From: Alphaproteobacteria bacterium
GTDB taxonomy: Bacteria > Pseudomonadota > Alphaproteobacteria > JAAXGF01
Assembly: GCA_963555825.3 (NCBI GenBank)
Contig: CAUVXB020000002.1
Coordinates: 2,560,001 to 2,624,000 of the forward strand
DNA: 64,000 nt
Direction of reading: 5' to 3'
Shown: piece by piece, positions 1-10,041 of the stretch
How positions within the stretch are numbered: the first letter of the stretch is position 1
Layout: every line of letters starts with the position of its first letter
Translations under genes and position numbers: made by a program
Notes under the pieces: generated by a model
What the model was told of the DNA's origin: nothing
What the model saw: only the letters and a program-made list of their open reading frames with translations
The model's database searches: none

Positions 1-239
1 GGACGTCGCAGGGCAAAGCTGTCGACGCCGGCTTTTGCCATGAACGGACCCAAGGGCGAGTAATGCGGCGCCAATGCTTATCGGAACTCGGCCGATCGAG
101 ACGAGCCCCCGCGGACAACCGACAAATCACAAACTGAACGCCCTCCCCGGGGCGATATGTACACGGGTCGTCACGTTGCACTTACTTCAAAGAATAGACC
201 GCGACTGACGGTAACGTCGACCGTGCGGGGCGGGCCGCC

Positions 240-2474
240 TCAATCGGGCATCGTGAAGGGGTCGGGGTCGAGGAAGCGGCGCACCACGTTCTCGCTGAGC
301 CGCGCGACGTTGTTGTCGTAGCCGTTGTGCGGCAGGCTCGCGGCCCAGGCGATCGAGCCGACCGAGAAGACCGCGCCGCCGCGCGCCGTCTCGAAGAACG
401 TCATATCCGCCCGGATGTCCGGGTTTTGCGCGCCATCCATGGCTGAATGGTGGAAGCCGGTCTCGTCGGGCACCAGGTAGGTGTTTGCCGAATGGCCTTC
501 CGAGCTGGCGACGATCAGCGTATGAGCGGGCGTGCCGAGCATCGGATCGGCCGCGTCGATCTCCGAGCCGCTGGCGCCGTCGCCGAGGATGCCGAAGTCG
601 CCGATCACCTCGTCGTCGCCGATGCCCTCGAAGATGAAACTGGCGCGCGGATCGAAACTGGCTTCCTTGCGCCGGTAGTGGCCCGAGGCGTCGAAGCCGA
701 CCGCGACCGTGCCGACGCCGACCAGCGCCTGAGGCGCCATGCCGAGGCGGCGCCACAGGCCGCCGTACTCGCCGGTGAACTCGAGATAGTACTCGCCGGG
801 TTCCTCATCGCGGTAGCGGATGCCGTCCTCGGCCCGGCGCAGCTCGAGCACGCCCGGCATCGCGTCCGAGAAGGCGCAGCGCCAGATGAAGCCGTTGCCG
901 CCGAGATAGACCAGCCGGCCGGCGCGCGCGAGATAGGCCCTCAGCCCGTCCCACATCGGCGTCGTATAGTATTCGGGATGCGCGCCGGTGATCACGGCAG
1001 CGTAGGGCTCGAGCAGCGCGACGCCCTCGTGATGCAGGTCCTCGTCGGTGATCACGTCGTAGTCGATGCCCTTCTCCTCGAGCCAGCCGAGAATGTGGGT
1101 ATCGGCGTTGAAGCCCCACAGCGGCGTCTTGGGCGCCATGTTGAGCACCGGCCGCAGCCGCGAGGCGTAGCGCACGCCGCTGGCGTCGGAATGGGTGTCG
1201 TAGGTCGAGAGGCCGAACTCCGAGTGCTCCTGCAGGAAGACGTCGCCCGGATCGAGCGTCGTCCAGAACGTCTCGGAGACCTCCGAGTAGTGCTGGTGCA
1301 GCATCCAGTGATAGTTCGAATACGCCATATAGGTCGCCGTCGAGGCCAGGAAGGCGAGCTTCGCCGTGGTCGTGCCCCGCGGCGGGCGCACGAAGAAGGT
1401 GACGTACCACTCATCGTCCTCGGCCCTGAGGCGCGCCGCGTAGACCCCGCTCGGCAGATCCTCGGGCACCTCGTAGTCGAAATCCGCCTCCCAGCCGACG
1501 TCGTAATGGTCGTCGTCGTGGAAGTGGATGGCGCCGTATTCCTGGGGTGCGTGGCGCCAGTTCTGTTCGGCGCCGGACCAGTTGAAGCCCTTGACGGCGC
1601 GCGAGGGCAGGTTGACGGCGCGCCCGTGCGCCCGGTTGGGGCCGAGGTCGCTGATCCGGTCTCCGCCGATGTCGCGCGCGAAGTCCCAGGACGCGATCAC
1701 CGAGGTGTCGCGCTCATGGGGCGCGGCGTCCCAGGCGAGCGCTACGATCTCGGCCCGTGACAAGGCACGGCCGGTCAGCCGTGGTCGATCGATCTTGCCG
1801 TTGAAGTGATTGCGCGCCCCGGGACCGCCGGCGGGGTGCGCCGCGGGCAGCGCCGCCATCACCAGCGGCGCGCCGCCGTTGGCCGCGACATCGAATGCGA
1901 TGGCGCTCGTGACGCTGGCGGCGCTGCTCACCTCGAGCGGTGTCTCGATGGGTTCCTGGAAGACGCTGAGGTCTCGCGTCGCCGCGTCGTAGGCAGCGGC
2001 GACCAGGTGCCAGCGCCGCACCGCGAGCGGCCCGCCCGTACTCACCTGGGCGACATTCCCGTTACCGTCGCCGAGCCGCATGGCGAGCGCGCCGGCGTCG
2101 TCGATCAACAGGGCGAAACCGCTCGCCGTCTCGCCGATCCAGTTGGCGATCAGTCCCTGCTCGCCCCTGTCGGGTGTCGTCGGAAAGACCCAGGCCTGCA
2201 CGGTGAAGCTTCCCGGCGCGGCGATCGCCGGGACATCCGGAACGATCACGTAGGAGCCGGCGACCGTCGGCTGCGTCCGGCCGGGGTATTCGCCATTGAA
2301 CGGCGCGGCGATCTCTGCTTCGCGATAGATGCCGTGGTCGGGATCGTCATCGCCGCAGATGACGCGCACCAGGTCGGCGCGATAGCGCTCGGCACCATAG
2401 GTGCTCACCTTGATGCTGAGTGTATCGCCCGGCATCACGCTCCAGGCGTTTGCGTATCCAACGACTTTCTTCAC
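240..2474 (-). CDS. dmfA2: N,N-dimethylformamidase large (beta) subunit family protein
   Basis: 744 aa; LamG-like N-terminal part; motifs TYMAYSN, GLSTYDTHSD, GAHPEY, GSEID match the Tyr/Tyr/Glu iron ligands and His/Glu of DMFase; small-subunit-like gene directly upstream. Confidence 0.88.
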   Translation of the reverse strand: MKKVVGYANAWSVMPGDTLSIKVSTYGAERYRADLVRVICGDDDPDHGIYREAEIAAPFNGEYPGRTQPTVAGSYVIVPDVPAIAAPGSFTVQAWVFPTTPDRGEQGLIANWIGETASGFALLIDDAGALAMRLGDGNGNVAQVSTGGPLAVRRWHLVAAAYDAATRDLSVFQEPIETPLEVSSAASVTSAIAFDVAANGGAPLVMAALPAAHPAGGPGARNHFNGKIDRPRLTGRALSRAEIVALAWDAAPHERDTSVIASWDFARDIGGDRISDLGPNRAHGRAVNLPSRAVKGFNWSGAEQNWRHAPQEYGAIHFHDDDHYDVGWEADFDYEVPEDLPSGVYAARLRAEDDEWYVTFFVRPPRGTTTAKLAFLASTATYMAYSNYHWMLHQHYSEVSETFWTTLDPGDVFLQEHSEFGLSTYDTHSDASGVRYASRLRPVLNMAPKTPLWGFNADTHILGWLEEKGIDYDVITDEDLHHEGVALLEPYAAVITGAHPEYYTTPMWDGLRAYLARAGRLVYLGGNGFIWRCAFSDAMPGVLELRRAEDGIRYRDEEPGEYYLEFTGEYGGLWRRLGMAPQALVGVGTVAVGFDASGHYRRKEASFDPRASFIFEGIGDDEVIGDFGILGDGASGSEIDAADPMLGTPAHTLIVASSEGHSANTYLVPDETGFHHSAMDGAQNPDIRADMTFFETARGGAVFSVGSIAWAASLPHNGYDNNVARLSENVVRRFLDPDPFTMPD

Positions 2475-2504
2475 GGCTCAATTCCTCCTCGGCACGCAAA
2501 ATCG

Positions 2505-2810
2505 CTATGCGATCACCTCGCCCGTCACCGCTTCCCAGCGCAATCGGAACACTTCCCAGGCGGCGGCGTAGTAATCGTCGAAGACGCGGTCCTCGAAGAG
2601 CTCCAGCTTGGCGCCCCGGACCGTCGGCATTTTCGCCACCGTCCACTCGCGGCCGCGCTTGGTGCAGACCAGGATGTAGCGTTCCGCCATCGGTCCCAGG
2701 CGCAAGCGGTTGACCAGCAGCGTGAGCTCGGGGCCGTAGGGTCCCCCAGGGTTCTGCCGGTACTCCTCGACGAGGTCCTTTCTCGATGTGTCGATCGCGT
2801 ACATATGCAA
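2505..2810 (-). CDS. dmfA1: N,N-dimethylformamidase small (alpha) subunit-like protein
   Basis: 101 aa, 30 bp upstream of the large subunit; EYRQNPGG...WEVFRLRWE pattern typical of DMFase small-subunit homologues. Confidence 0.72.
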   Translation of the reverse strand: MHMYAIDTSRKDLVEEYRQNPGGPYGPELTLLVNRLRLGPMAERYILVCTKRGREWTVAKMPTVRGAKLELFEDRVFDDYYAAAWEVFRLRWEAVTGEVIA

Positions 2811-2983
2811 TTGCCTCCTTCAACGTCCGAGCATCGGATGACAGTGGCCCGGCAAACCGCGTTCGATGATGGCTTTCCGGCGCCGCCCGGGCATCCGGCG
2901 ACGCTGTCGCGAAACGCCGCCGTGGCCTACAATGCGGGCAGTTTATCAGACTCTGGATCGGCCGGGTCGGTGGGAGGATCAAT

Positions 2984-3745
2984 ATGTCTGGCGTTCTGCT
3001 CGTGACCGGCGGCAGCCGGGGAATCGGCCGCGACGTCGCACTGCGCGCCGGCGAACGCGGCTGGGACGTCGTGGTCAATTACACGGCGAGCCACGACGCG
3101 GCCGAGACCGTCGCCGCCGAGGTCCGGTCGCACGGCCGCCGCTCGATCGCCGTACAGGCCGACGTCGCCAAGCACGACGACGTCGAGCGCCTATTCGCGA
3201 CGATCGACGGCGAATTCGGCCGGCTCGACGGTCTGGTCAACAACGCCGGCGTCGGCCGCAGCCAGGGCCCGTTCGAGGACTGCCGGCCCAAAGACCTGCG
3301 CGAGACCTTCGAGGTCAACGTGTTCGGCCTGTTCTACGTCTCGCAGGCGGCGGTCCGGCGCATGTCGACCAAGCACGGCGGGTCGGGCGGGTCGATCGTC
3401 AACGTGTCGTCGGCGGCGGCGCGCACCGGCGGCGTCAACGCGTTCATCGACTATGCCGCGTCGAAGGGCGCGGTCGACACGATCACCATCGGTCTGGCCA
3501 AGGAACTGGGCCCGGTCGGCATCCGCGTCAACGCCGTGCGCCCGGGCGTCACGGCGACTGAAATGCTCGAACATGTCCGCGAGTCCGACCCATCGTGGCT
3601 CGACGACGTGGTTGCGACCATGCCGATGGGCCGCATCGGCGAGGTCCGCGAGATCGCCGATCCGATCCTGTGGCTGTTGTCCGCCGAAGCGTCCTACGTC
3701 ACCGGCACGATCATCGACGCCTCGGGCGGGCGGGCGACGCCGTGA
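2984..3745 (+). CDS. SDR family NAD(P)-dependent oxidoreductase
   Basis: TGGSRGIG, NNAG, YAASK (YxxxK); GGAGG RBS. Confidence 0.93.
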   Translation: MSGVLLVTGGSRGIGRDVALRAGERGWDVVVNYTASHDAAETVAAEVRSHGRRSIAVQADVAKHDDVERLFATIDGEFGRLDGLVNNAGVGRSQGPFEDCRPKDLRETFEVNVFGLFYVSQAAVRRMSTKHGGSGGSIVNVSSAAARTGGVNAFIDYAASKGAVDTITIGLAKELGPVGIRVNAVRPGVTATEMLEHVRESDPSWLDDVVATMPMGRIGEVREIADPILWLLSAEASYVTGTIIDASGGRATP

Positions 3746-3785
3746 ACGACCGCAACGAAGCCGGACACGCTGGAGGAGGAAAGTC

Positions 3786-4742
3786 ATGGCCAACGAGCCC
3801 CTGAAGCCGGTCGGCGTCGAGACCATCGCGCCCTTCACCTATCCCGACTCGCTGCTGCGCGCGCAGCGCCAGACCGGGCCCGAGGGCCTCGATATCGCGT
3901 TGTTCGGCCTGCCCTACGACGGCGGCACCATCGCGCGCGACGGCGCGCGCCACGGCCCCGGCCAGATGCGCCAGATGTCGATCAACATCCGCGGCACCAA
4001 CATGTCGACCGGCGCCTCGCCGTTCGCCGCCTGCCGCATCGCCGACATCGGCGACGGGCCGGTCAACTCGTTCGACCACGTCGCCAGCGTCGACATGATG
4101 ACCGCGTTCTGCGCCGAGATCGCCGCGGCCGGCGCCTGGCCGCTGGCGGCCGGTGGCGACCACCTGATCACGCTGCCGGTGCTGCGCGGCACGGTCGATC
4201 CGGCCAACCCGGTCGGCCTGGTCCACTTCGACGCCCATCCCGATACCCACGACAACATCTTCGGCACCAAGCTCAACCACGCGACGCCGTTCCGCCGCGC
4301 CATCGAGGAGGGCCTGGTCGACCCCAAGCGCCACGTCATGATCGGCCTGCGCGGCACGACGCGCGAGACCGACGCGGCGCTCGACTGGGCGCACGACCAA
4401 GGCATCACGATGATCGACATCGACGAATTCTACGAGCTTGGACCCAAAGCGACGGCCGCCAAGGCGCGCGCGGTGGTCGGCGATGGGCCGGTCTATGTCA
4501 CGCTCGACGTCGACGGCGTCGACCCGGCCGACATGCCGGGCACCGGCTCGCCCGAGCCGGGCGGCTTGAGGATGCGTGATACGCAGGTCATCCTGCGCGG
4601 GCTTCGCGGCCTCGACATCGTCGGCGGCGACGTCAACGAGGTCTCGCCGCCGCTCGACCCGTCGGGCTACACGGCGTTCAACGCGGTCCACCTGATGTTC
4701 GAGATCCTCTGCCTGATGGCCGAGAACCGCGCGGCGCGGTGA
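3786..4742 (+). CDS. Agmatinase/ureohydrolase (arginase family)
   Basis: GGDH, DAHPD, DVDGVDP and GTGSPEPGG metal-binding motifs; start reassigned to ATG 3786 after GGAGGA RBS. Confidence 0.9.
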   Translation: MANEPLKPVGVETIAPFTYPDSLLRAQRQTGPEGLDIALFGLPYDGGTIARDGARHGPGQMRQMSINIRGTNMSTGASPFAACRIADIGDGPVNSFDHVASVDMMTAFCAEIAAAGAWPLAAGGDHLITLPVLRGTVDPANPVGLVHFDAHPDTHDNIFGTKLNHATPFRRAIEEGLVDPKRHVMIGLRGTTRETDAALDWAHDQGITMIDIDEFYELGPKATAAKARAVVGDGPVYVTLDVDGVDPADMPGTGSPEPGGLRMRDTQVILRGLRGLDIVGGDVNEVSPPLDPSGYTAFNAVHLMFEILCLMAENRAAR

Positions 4743-4846
4743 CAGCGCATCGCGTTTTCGAGACGCCGGCTCAGGGCTTCCTGGCGCGCAGAGGGAAACT
4801 CGACGGGACGGGCGGCAGCGGCGGCGGGTAGTGGTAGAAGTATTCG

Positions 4847-5305
4847 TCAAGCGAGGATGGTACGCACATCGTCGCACGCGCGCTCGATCAATGCCACATC
4901 GTCGCCGCTCCACGCGCGCGTGCCCAGGGTGTAGTGGACCGACACGATGCCGACCATGGTGTCGCCGCGAAACACGCCGCAAACCATCTCGGCGCGAATG
5001 CCGTATTGCTCGATCACGTAATTCTCGGGCGCGACCTCGGGCGCCCAGGGGTTGAGGCAGTCCTCCATGACGAAAGGACGCCGGTTCTCGCGCAGCCAGC
5101 GGGCGGCTGCGCCGTTGCGGGCGCCGGGCGTTCGCTGCCCCTCGAGGGCGAGAACGCCGTCGGCGCGGGATTCCGCGGCGACGGTCTCGACATCCAGACC
5201 GAGGCGCGCGGAGTCGACGCGGATCGTCGTGCGCGACGCGCCGGTGCCGGCGCGCAGCCGGTCGACGATGTCACGGAAGGCGTCGATGGTCTCGTTCTCG
5301 TCCAT
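4847..5305 (-). CDS. Stand-alone GAF domain protein
   Basis: 152 aa; YGIRAEMVCGVFRGDTMVGIVSVHY...RAWSGDDVALI is a GAF C-terminal signature. Confidence 0.75.
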   Translation of the reverse strand: MDENETIDAFRDIVDRLRAGTGASRTTIRVDSARLGLDVETVAAESRADGVLALEGQRTPGARNGAAARWLRENRRPFVMEDCLNPWAPEVAPENYVIEQYGIRAEMVCGVFRGDTMVGIVSVHYTLGTRAWSGDDVALIERACDDVRTILA

Positions 5306-5330
5306 GGTCGATTTGCCGGAAAGCGAATCT

Positions 5331-6926
5331 CTACCCGACGTAGGTGAGCGTCGTCATCATGCCGGCGGCCATGTGGTAGAGGTTGTGGCAGTGCATCACC
5401 CAGTCGCCGGGATTGGTCGCGTCGAAGACGACCGTCACATGGATGTGCGGCGGCACCAGGACGGTGTCGCGCATGGCGCCCGGAAACCGCTCGCCGTTGA
5501 TCGCGACGACCTGGAAGGGCACGCCGTGCATGTGCATCGGGTGCGCCATCATGGTGTGATTGCGGAACGCCAGTTCGACGCGCTCGCCGGCGCGTAGTTC
5601 GAGCGGCTTGTGGTCGCCATAGGCGGCGCCGTTGATGCCCCAGACGAAGCCCTGCATCGAGCCGGTCAAATCGACGACATGCCTGCGGTCCGCCGGCCTC
5701 GCTTCGAGCGGTTGGGCAGCGGCGAGGCGGCGTTCGAGGTCGAGACCCAGCGCGGGCGCCATGTGCTCGACCTGGTCGGCGAGGTGTTTGAGGCGCCCCG
5801 CCGGGGTCGCAAGCACGATCCCGGTACGCGCCGTGTCGCCTTCGCGGTGCGCCATGATCGGATAGGCCCCTTGCCCGGCAGGCAGCGTGAGCCGGAGGTC
5901 GAGCCGCTGCGCGATGGCGATCGGAAAGCGCTGGCCGGGGACCGGCTCGACGGGCAGGCCGTCGACCGCGATCAGGCTGCCCTCGAGGCCGCCGAGACCG
6001 AGCCAGAAGTTGGTGCTGGCGGCGGCGTTGATGATACGCAGGCGCAGGCGCCCGCCGGGCGCGACGCGCACCACGTCGGGATCGGCGAGCGTGCGGTCGT
6101 TGGCCAGATAGGCGTCGAATTCGACATCGTTGAGATCCATCTCCATGGCGCCCATGGGCATGGCCTCGTTATCGCCGGACATCATGTCCATGGCCGCCAT
6201 GTCGCCGGATTGGCCGGTCATCATGTCCATGGCCGCCATGTCGCCGGATTGGCCGGACATCATGTCCATGGCCGCCGTTTCGCCGGATTGGCCGGTCATC
6301 ATGTCCATGGCCGCCGTTTCGCCCGATTGGCCGGTCGTGGCGCCGGCCATTTCCATCTGTTCCGACATGCCGCCATGGCCGCCGCCGGCGCGTAGATCGG
6401 CGAGAATCTCGTCGGGGTCGCGGAACGTGAAGTCGTGCAGCATCACGACGATTTCCTGCTCGTCGAGGCCGGCCTCGGCCGGGTCGCGGATGATGAAGGG
6501 CGCCGCCATCATCCGCTGCTCCTGGAAGCCGACGTGCGAGTGCATCCAAAACGTGCCGGGGACGTCGAGCGGGAAGTCGTAATCATACGCGGCGCCAGGC
6601 GCGAGCGCCGGTTGCGAGACATCGGGAACGCCGTCCTGCCGATATGGCGGCGACAGGCCGTGCCAGTGCACCAGGGTCGGTTCGTCGAGGTGGTTTTCGA
6701 GCGTCGCGCGGTAGCGTTGCCCGGCCTCGGCGTAAACACCCCACACGCCGTCGGGCCGACCGATATGAAGCGTCGACGCCGCCTTGCCGTTGACCTCGAT
6801 CACGCGCGTCTCGGCGCGCAGGACGATCGGCGACTGCCCGGCCATCGCCGGCCACGTCAGGGCTGCCGGCATGAGCGCCGCCCCGGCGGCGGATCCGAGG
6901 AATTCGCGGCGCGTGAAACTGGTCAT
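5331..6926 (-). CDS. Tat-exported multicopper oxidase with Met-rich insert
   Basis: TRREFL twin-arginine signal; HWHG, WMHSH, HPMHMHG, HCHNLYHMAAGM copper motifs; start reassigned to ATG 6926. Confidence 0.93.
   Translation of the reverse strand: MTSFTRREFLGSAAGAALMPAALTWPAMAGQSPIVLRAETRVIEVNGKAASTLHIGRPDGVWGVYAEAGQRYRATLENHLDEPTLVHWHGLSPPYRQDGVPDVSQPALAPGAAYDYDFPLDVPGTFWMHSHVGFQEQRMMAAPFIIRDPAEAGLDEQEIVVMLHDFTFRDPDEILADLRAGGGHGGMSEQMEMAGATTGQSGETAAMDMMTGQSGETAAMDMMSGQSGDMAAMDMMTGQSGDMAAMDMMSGDNEAMPMGAMEMDLNDVEFDAYLANDRTLADPDVVRVAPGGRLRLRIINAAASTNFWLGLGGLEGSLIAVDGLPVEPVPGQRFPIAIAQRLDLRLTLPAGQGAYPIMAHREGDTARTGIVLATPAGRLKHLADQVEHMAPALGLDLERRLAAAQPLEARPADRRHVVDLTGSMQGFVWGINGAAYGDHKPLELRAGERVELAFRNHTMMAHPMHMHGVPFQVVAINGERFPGAMRDTVLVPPHIHVTVVFDATNPGDWVMHCHNLYHMAAGMMTTLTYVG
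6180..6336. repeat. 39-bp tandem repeat x4 encoding (T/S)GQSG(ET/DM)AAMDMM inside the multicopper oxidase
   Basis: Unit catcatgtccatggccgcc(at/gt)..cgccggattggccgg(t/a) repeated four times. Confidence 0.9.
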
Positions 6927-7060
6927 ATTCAATCTCCAAAACCGCGGCTGCGCAGATGGCTTCCCGCAATCGCTTGCGACAGTATCACGAGAACCGCCCC
7001 AAATCGAAAGCCGCGCCCTTTGGGATGTAGTGACTCCGAATTCGGCCTTGAACGGGCGAA

Positions 7061-7666
7061 CTAGACCGCGTCGATGCGCTCGATGGCGCCGCCGTGCAGG
7101 CGGTAGAAGGCGTTCTGGGGCTGGTCGAGGGCGAGCGTCTCGGCGGGGCTGAGGCCCAGATAGTGGCCGCGGAAGACGCGGCCGACCGCGCCGTGCGCGA
7201 CGGCGATGAGCGGTCCGCCGCCCGGCGCCAGGGCGTCGAGCCAGTCGCCGACGCGCGCCGCCAGCATGGCATAGCTCTCGCCGCCGCCCGGCGGCACGTA
7301 GTTCCAGTGGTGGTGGGTGTCCTGGCGGCGGTGCGCCAGCGCGCCGGGGTCGCGCGCCTCGATCTCGTCGAGGGTCAGGCCGTCCCAGGCGCCCCAGGTC
7401 TGCTCCTGCAAGCGGTCGTCGATCGGGATGTCTTCGGGCGCCAATCCCAGTTCGGCGCGGATCAGCGCCGCGGTCCGCCGCGTGCGGCCGAGGGGACTCG
7501 CCACCATCTTGACGTCGCCGTCGACGAGTCGGGCGAGCGCGCGGCCCATGGCGCGCGCCTGGTCCTCGCCGCGTGGCGTGAGCCGCGAATCGAGATGGCC
7601 CTGCATGCGCCGCTCGCGGTTCCACTCGGTCTCGCCGTGGCGGACCAGATAGATCACGCGGTCCAT
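7061..7666 (-). CDS. Histidine phosphatase (phosphoglycerate mutase-like) family, paralog 2
   Basis: RHGETEWN, SPLGRTRRTA, GGESY, VAHG motifs. Confidence 0.92.
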   Translation of the reverse strand: MDRVIYLVRHGETEWNRERRMQGHLDSRLTPRGEDQARAMGRALARLVDGDVKMVASPLGRTRRTAALIRAELGLAPEDIPIDDRLQEQTWGAWDGLTLDEIEARDPGALAHRRQDTHHHWNYVPPGGGESYAMLAARVGDWLDALAPGGGPLIAVAHGAVGRVFRGHYLGLSPAETLALDQPQNAFYRLHGGAIERIDAV

Positions 7667-7713
7667 GGCATTCGCTGAGGATCGTCGGTATTCATTGGGG
7701 TCGACGCTTTACT

Positions 7714-8322
7714 TCATCGCCCGGCCGCGTCGATGCGCTCGATGGCGCCGCCGTGTAGGCGAAAGAATGCGTCCTGCGGCTCGTCGACGGTGAGCGTCTC
7801 GGCCTCGGAGAGCCCCGCGTAGCGCCCACGCAGCACGCGCCCCACCGGGCCATGGGTGATGGCGACGATGCGCCGGCCGGGCGCGAGGTCGTCGAGCCAG
7901 CCGCCGACGCGCGCGGCCAACGCGGCGTGGCTTTCGCCGCCCGGCGGCTCGTGGGTCCAGTGCTGCCGGGCGTCCCGGCGGCGGCGCGCCAGCTCGCCCG
8001 GGTCGCGCGCCTCGATCTCGTCGAGCGTCAGCCCGTCCCAGGCGCCCCAAGTCATCTCGTTGAGCCGGTCGTCGGCCGTGTGTTCGGCCGCGAAACCCAT
8101 CGCGTGACCGATGATCTCCGCGCTTCGCCTGGCGCGGCCCAACGGGCTGGCCACCATGTCGAAGCCGTCGCCGTCGCCGATCAGCCCGGCGAGCGCCGTG
8201 CCGACCCGCCGAGCCTGGTCCTCGCCGCGCGCGGTGAGCGGCGAATCGAGTTGGCCCTGGATGCGGCGGTCGCGGTTCCACTCGGTCTCGCCGTGACGGA
8301 CGAGGTAGATCAGGCGGTCCAT
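7714..8322 (-). CDS. Histidine phosphatase family, paralog 1
   Basis: RHGETEWN, SPLGRARRSA, GGES, ITHG motifs; highly similar to the adjacent gene. Confidence 0.92.
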   Translation of the reverse strand: MDRLIYLVRHGETEWNRDRRIQGQLDSPLTARGEDQARRVGTALAGLIGDGDGFDMVASPLGRARRSAEIIGHAMGFAAEHTADDRLNEMTWGAWDGLTLDEIEARDPGELARRRRDARQHWTHEPPGGESHAALAARVGGWLDDLAPGRRIVAITHGPVGRVLRGRYAGLSEAETLTVDEPQDAFFRLHGGAIERIDAAGR

Positions 8323-8494
8323 CGCGCTAGTCCTCGATGCGTTTCGTCAGTTTTATGCGATTGCACTCGCCGTCGCGCCGGTCGTCGATACCATCCATCG
8401 GGTTCTTGACCAGATGGATACCGGCAGTAACGCGCCATCGAGGTCCAGGCCAACCTCGATGACATGCGCGTCGTCGTCCGCGTTATACCAGGGA

Positions 8495-9277
8495 TCAGGC
8501 GTCGGCCAGTATCTCTATCGCCTCGGCGTGCCGGCGGGTGTCGCCGGCGGCCAGGATTCGGCTACCCGAGGACAGCGTCAGCGACGCGCCCCGCCAATCG
8601 CTGATGACGCCGCCGGCGCCCTCGATGACCGGCACCAGCGCGAGGTAGTCGAACGGCTCGAGCGCGACGTCGATACCGAGGTCGATGCGCCCCGAGGCGA
8701 GCTGGGCGTACGCCAGGCAACTGCCGCCGTAGACCGTCCAGCAGACCGCCGCCTTGAGCCGCGCGAAGGCGTCGCCGTCGTCGGGACCGTAGAAGTCGGG
8801 ATTGCTGGTCGACATCAGCGCGCCCGCGAGGTCGTCGCTAGCGCGCGTACGGACCGGGGCGCCGTTGCGCGTCGTCGGCCGGCCGCGGCAGCCGAGCCAG
8901 CGTTCGTTGGTTGCCGGCATGTCGATGACGCCGATCAGCGGCGCGCCGTCCTCGATCAGCGCGATCAGCGTGCCGAAGACGGGGATGCCGGCCAGGAAGG
9001 GCAACGTGCCGTCGATCGGATCGATCACCCAGACCGGGCCGCCGTCGGCCGCCGTGGCGCCGCGTTCCTCGCCGACGACGCCGTGGCTCGGATAGGCCGC
9101 CGCGATCATCGCGCGCAGGCGGTCCTCGACGGCGCGGTCGACATCGGTCACCGGGCTGCCGTCGCCCTTCACCTCGGCCGTGAAGCCGTCCTGGTGGGCC
9201 GCGCGAATGATCGGGCCGCTGGCGTCGGCCAGCCGGCCGGCGAAGCCGGCGAGGTCGTCTACGAGGGTTTGGTCCAC
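8495..9277 (-). CDS. hisN: Inositol-monophosphatase family, histidinol-phosphate phosphatase-like
   Basis: SPVTDVD, GEE, WVIDPIDGT, FGTLIAL, PFDYLALVPVIEGAGGVISDW; GTG start. Confidence 0.8.
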   Translation of the reverse strand: MDQTLVDDLAGFAGRLADASGPIIRAAHQDGFTAEVKGDGSPVTDVDRAVEDRLRAMIAAAYPSHGVVGEERGATAADGGPVWVIDPIDGTLPFLAGIPVFGTLIALIEDGAPLIGVIDMPATNERWLGCRGRPTTRNGAPVRTRASDDLAGALMSTSNPDFYGPDDGDAFARLKAAVCWTVYGGSCLAYAQLASGRIDLGIDVALEPFDYLALVPVIEGAGGVISDWRGASLTLSSGSRILAAGDTRRHAEAIEILADA

Positions 9278-9287
9278 GGTGATCGGC

Positions 9288-10040
9288 TCAATGCGTCAGA
9301 ATTTGACTGAGGAACAGCTTGGTCCGCTCGCTCCTCGGGTTGTCGAAAAATTCTTTGGGCGGGTTCATTTCAACGATCTCGCCGTCATCCATGAAGACCA
9401 CATTGTCGGCCACCGAACGGGCGAAGCCCATCTCGTGGGTCACCACGATCATGGTCATGCCCTCGCGCGCCAAATCGGTCATGACGTCGAGCACTTCGGA
9501 GATCATTTCCGGATCGAGCGCCGAGGTCGGTTCGTCGAACAGCATGACCAGAGGATTCATGCACAGGGCGCGGGCAATGGCGACACGTTGCTGCTGGCCG
9601 CCGGATAGCTGGCTGGGATACTTATCCGCCTGCTCAGGGATCTTCACCCGCTCGAGATACTTCATGGCAGTGTCATAGGCCTCGGGCTTCGAGGACTTGC
9701 GCACCAGCCTGGGCGCCAGCATGAGGTTCTTGATGACCGTCAAGTGGGGAAACAGATTGAAGCTCTGAAACACCATGCCGACTTCGCTTCGCACCGAATC
9801 GATATCCTTCACCGCACTGGTCAGTTCATGGCCGTTCACGATAATCTTGCCGTTGTTGTGTTCCTCGAGCCGGTTGATGCATCGGATCAAGGTCGATTTT
9901 CCGGACCCGGAAGGGCCGCAAACGACAATCCGCTCGCCCTTCTTCACCGACAAGGTGATATTTTTCAGCGCCTGAAACTCGCCAAAAAATTTATCGACAT
10001 TCTCCAGTTGGATGATGATTGTTGGGCCGCTATCAGTCAT
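9288..10040 (-). CDS. Polar amino acid ABC transporter ATP-binding protein
   Basis: [35 protein letters not shown]. Confidence 0.96.
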   Translation of the reverse strand: MTDSGPTIIIQLENVDKFFGEFQALKNITLSVKKGERIVVCGPSGSGKSTLIRCINRLEEHNNGKIIVNGHELTSAVKDIDSVRSEVGMVFQSFNLFPHLTVIKNLMLAPRLVRKSSKPEAYDTAMKYLERVKIPEQADKYPSQLSGGQQQRVAIARALCMNPLVMLFDEPTSALDPEMISEVLDVMTDLAREGMTMIVVTHEMGFARSVADNVVFMDDGEIVEMNPPKEFFDNPRSERTKLFLSQILTH

Positions 10041-10041
10041 A

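Noticed and set aside
1-239. Possible ncRNA or repeat remnant at the window start
   Set aside because: Only weak resemblance to the dispersed repeats (caaactga, short hairpins), and truncated by the window edge
6927-7625. N-terminal extension of the multicopper oxidase (764-aa ORF)
   Set aside because: Overlaps the histidine phosphatase in another frame; the Tat signal marks the real start at 6926
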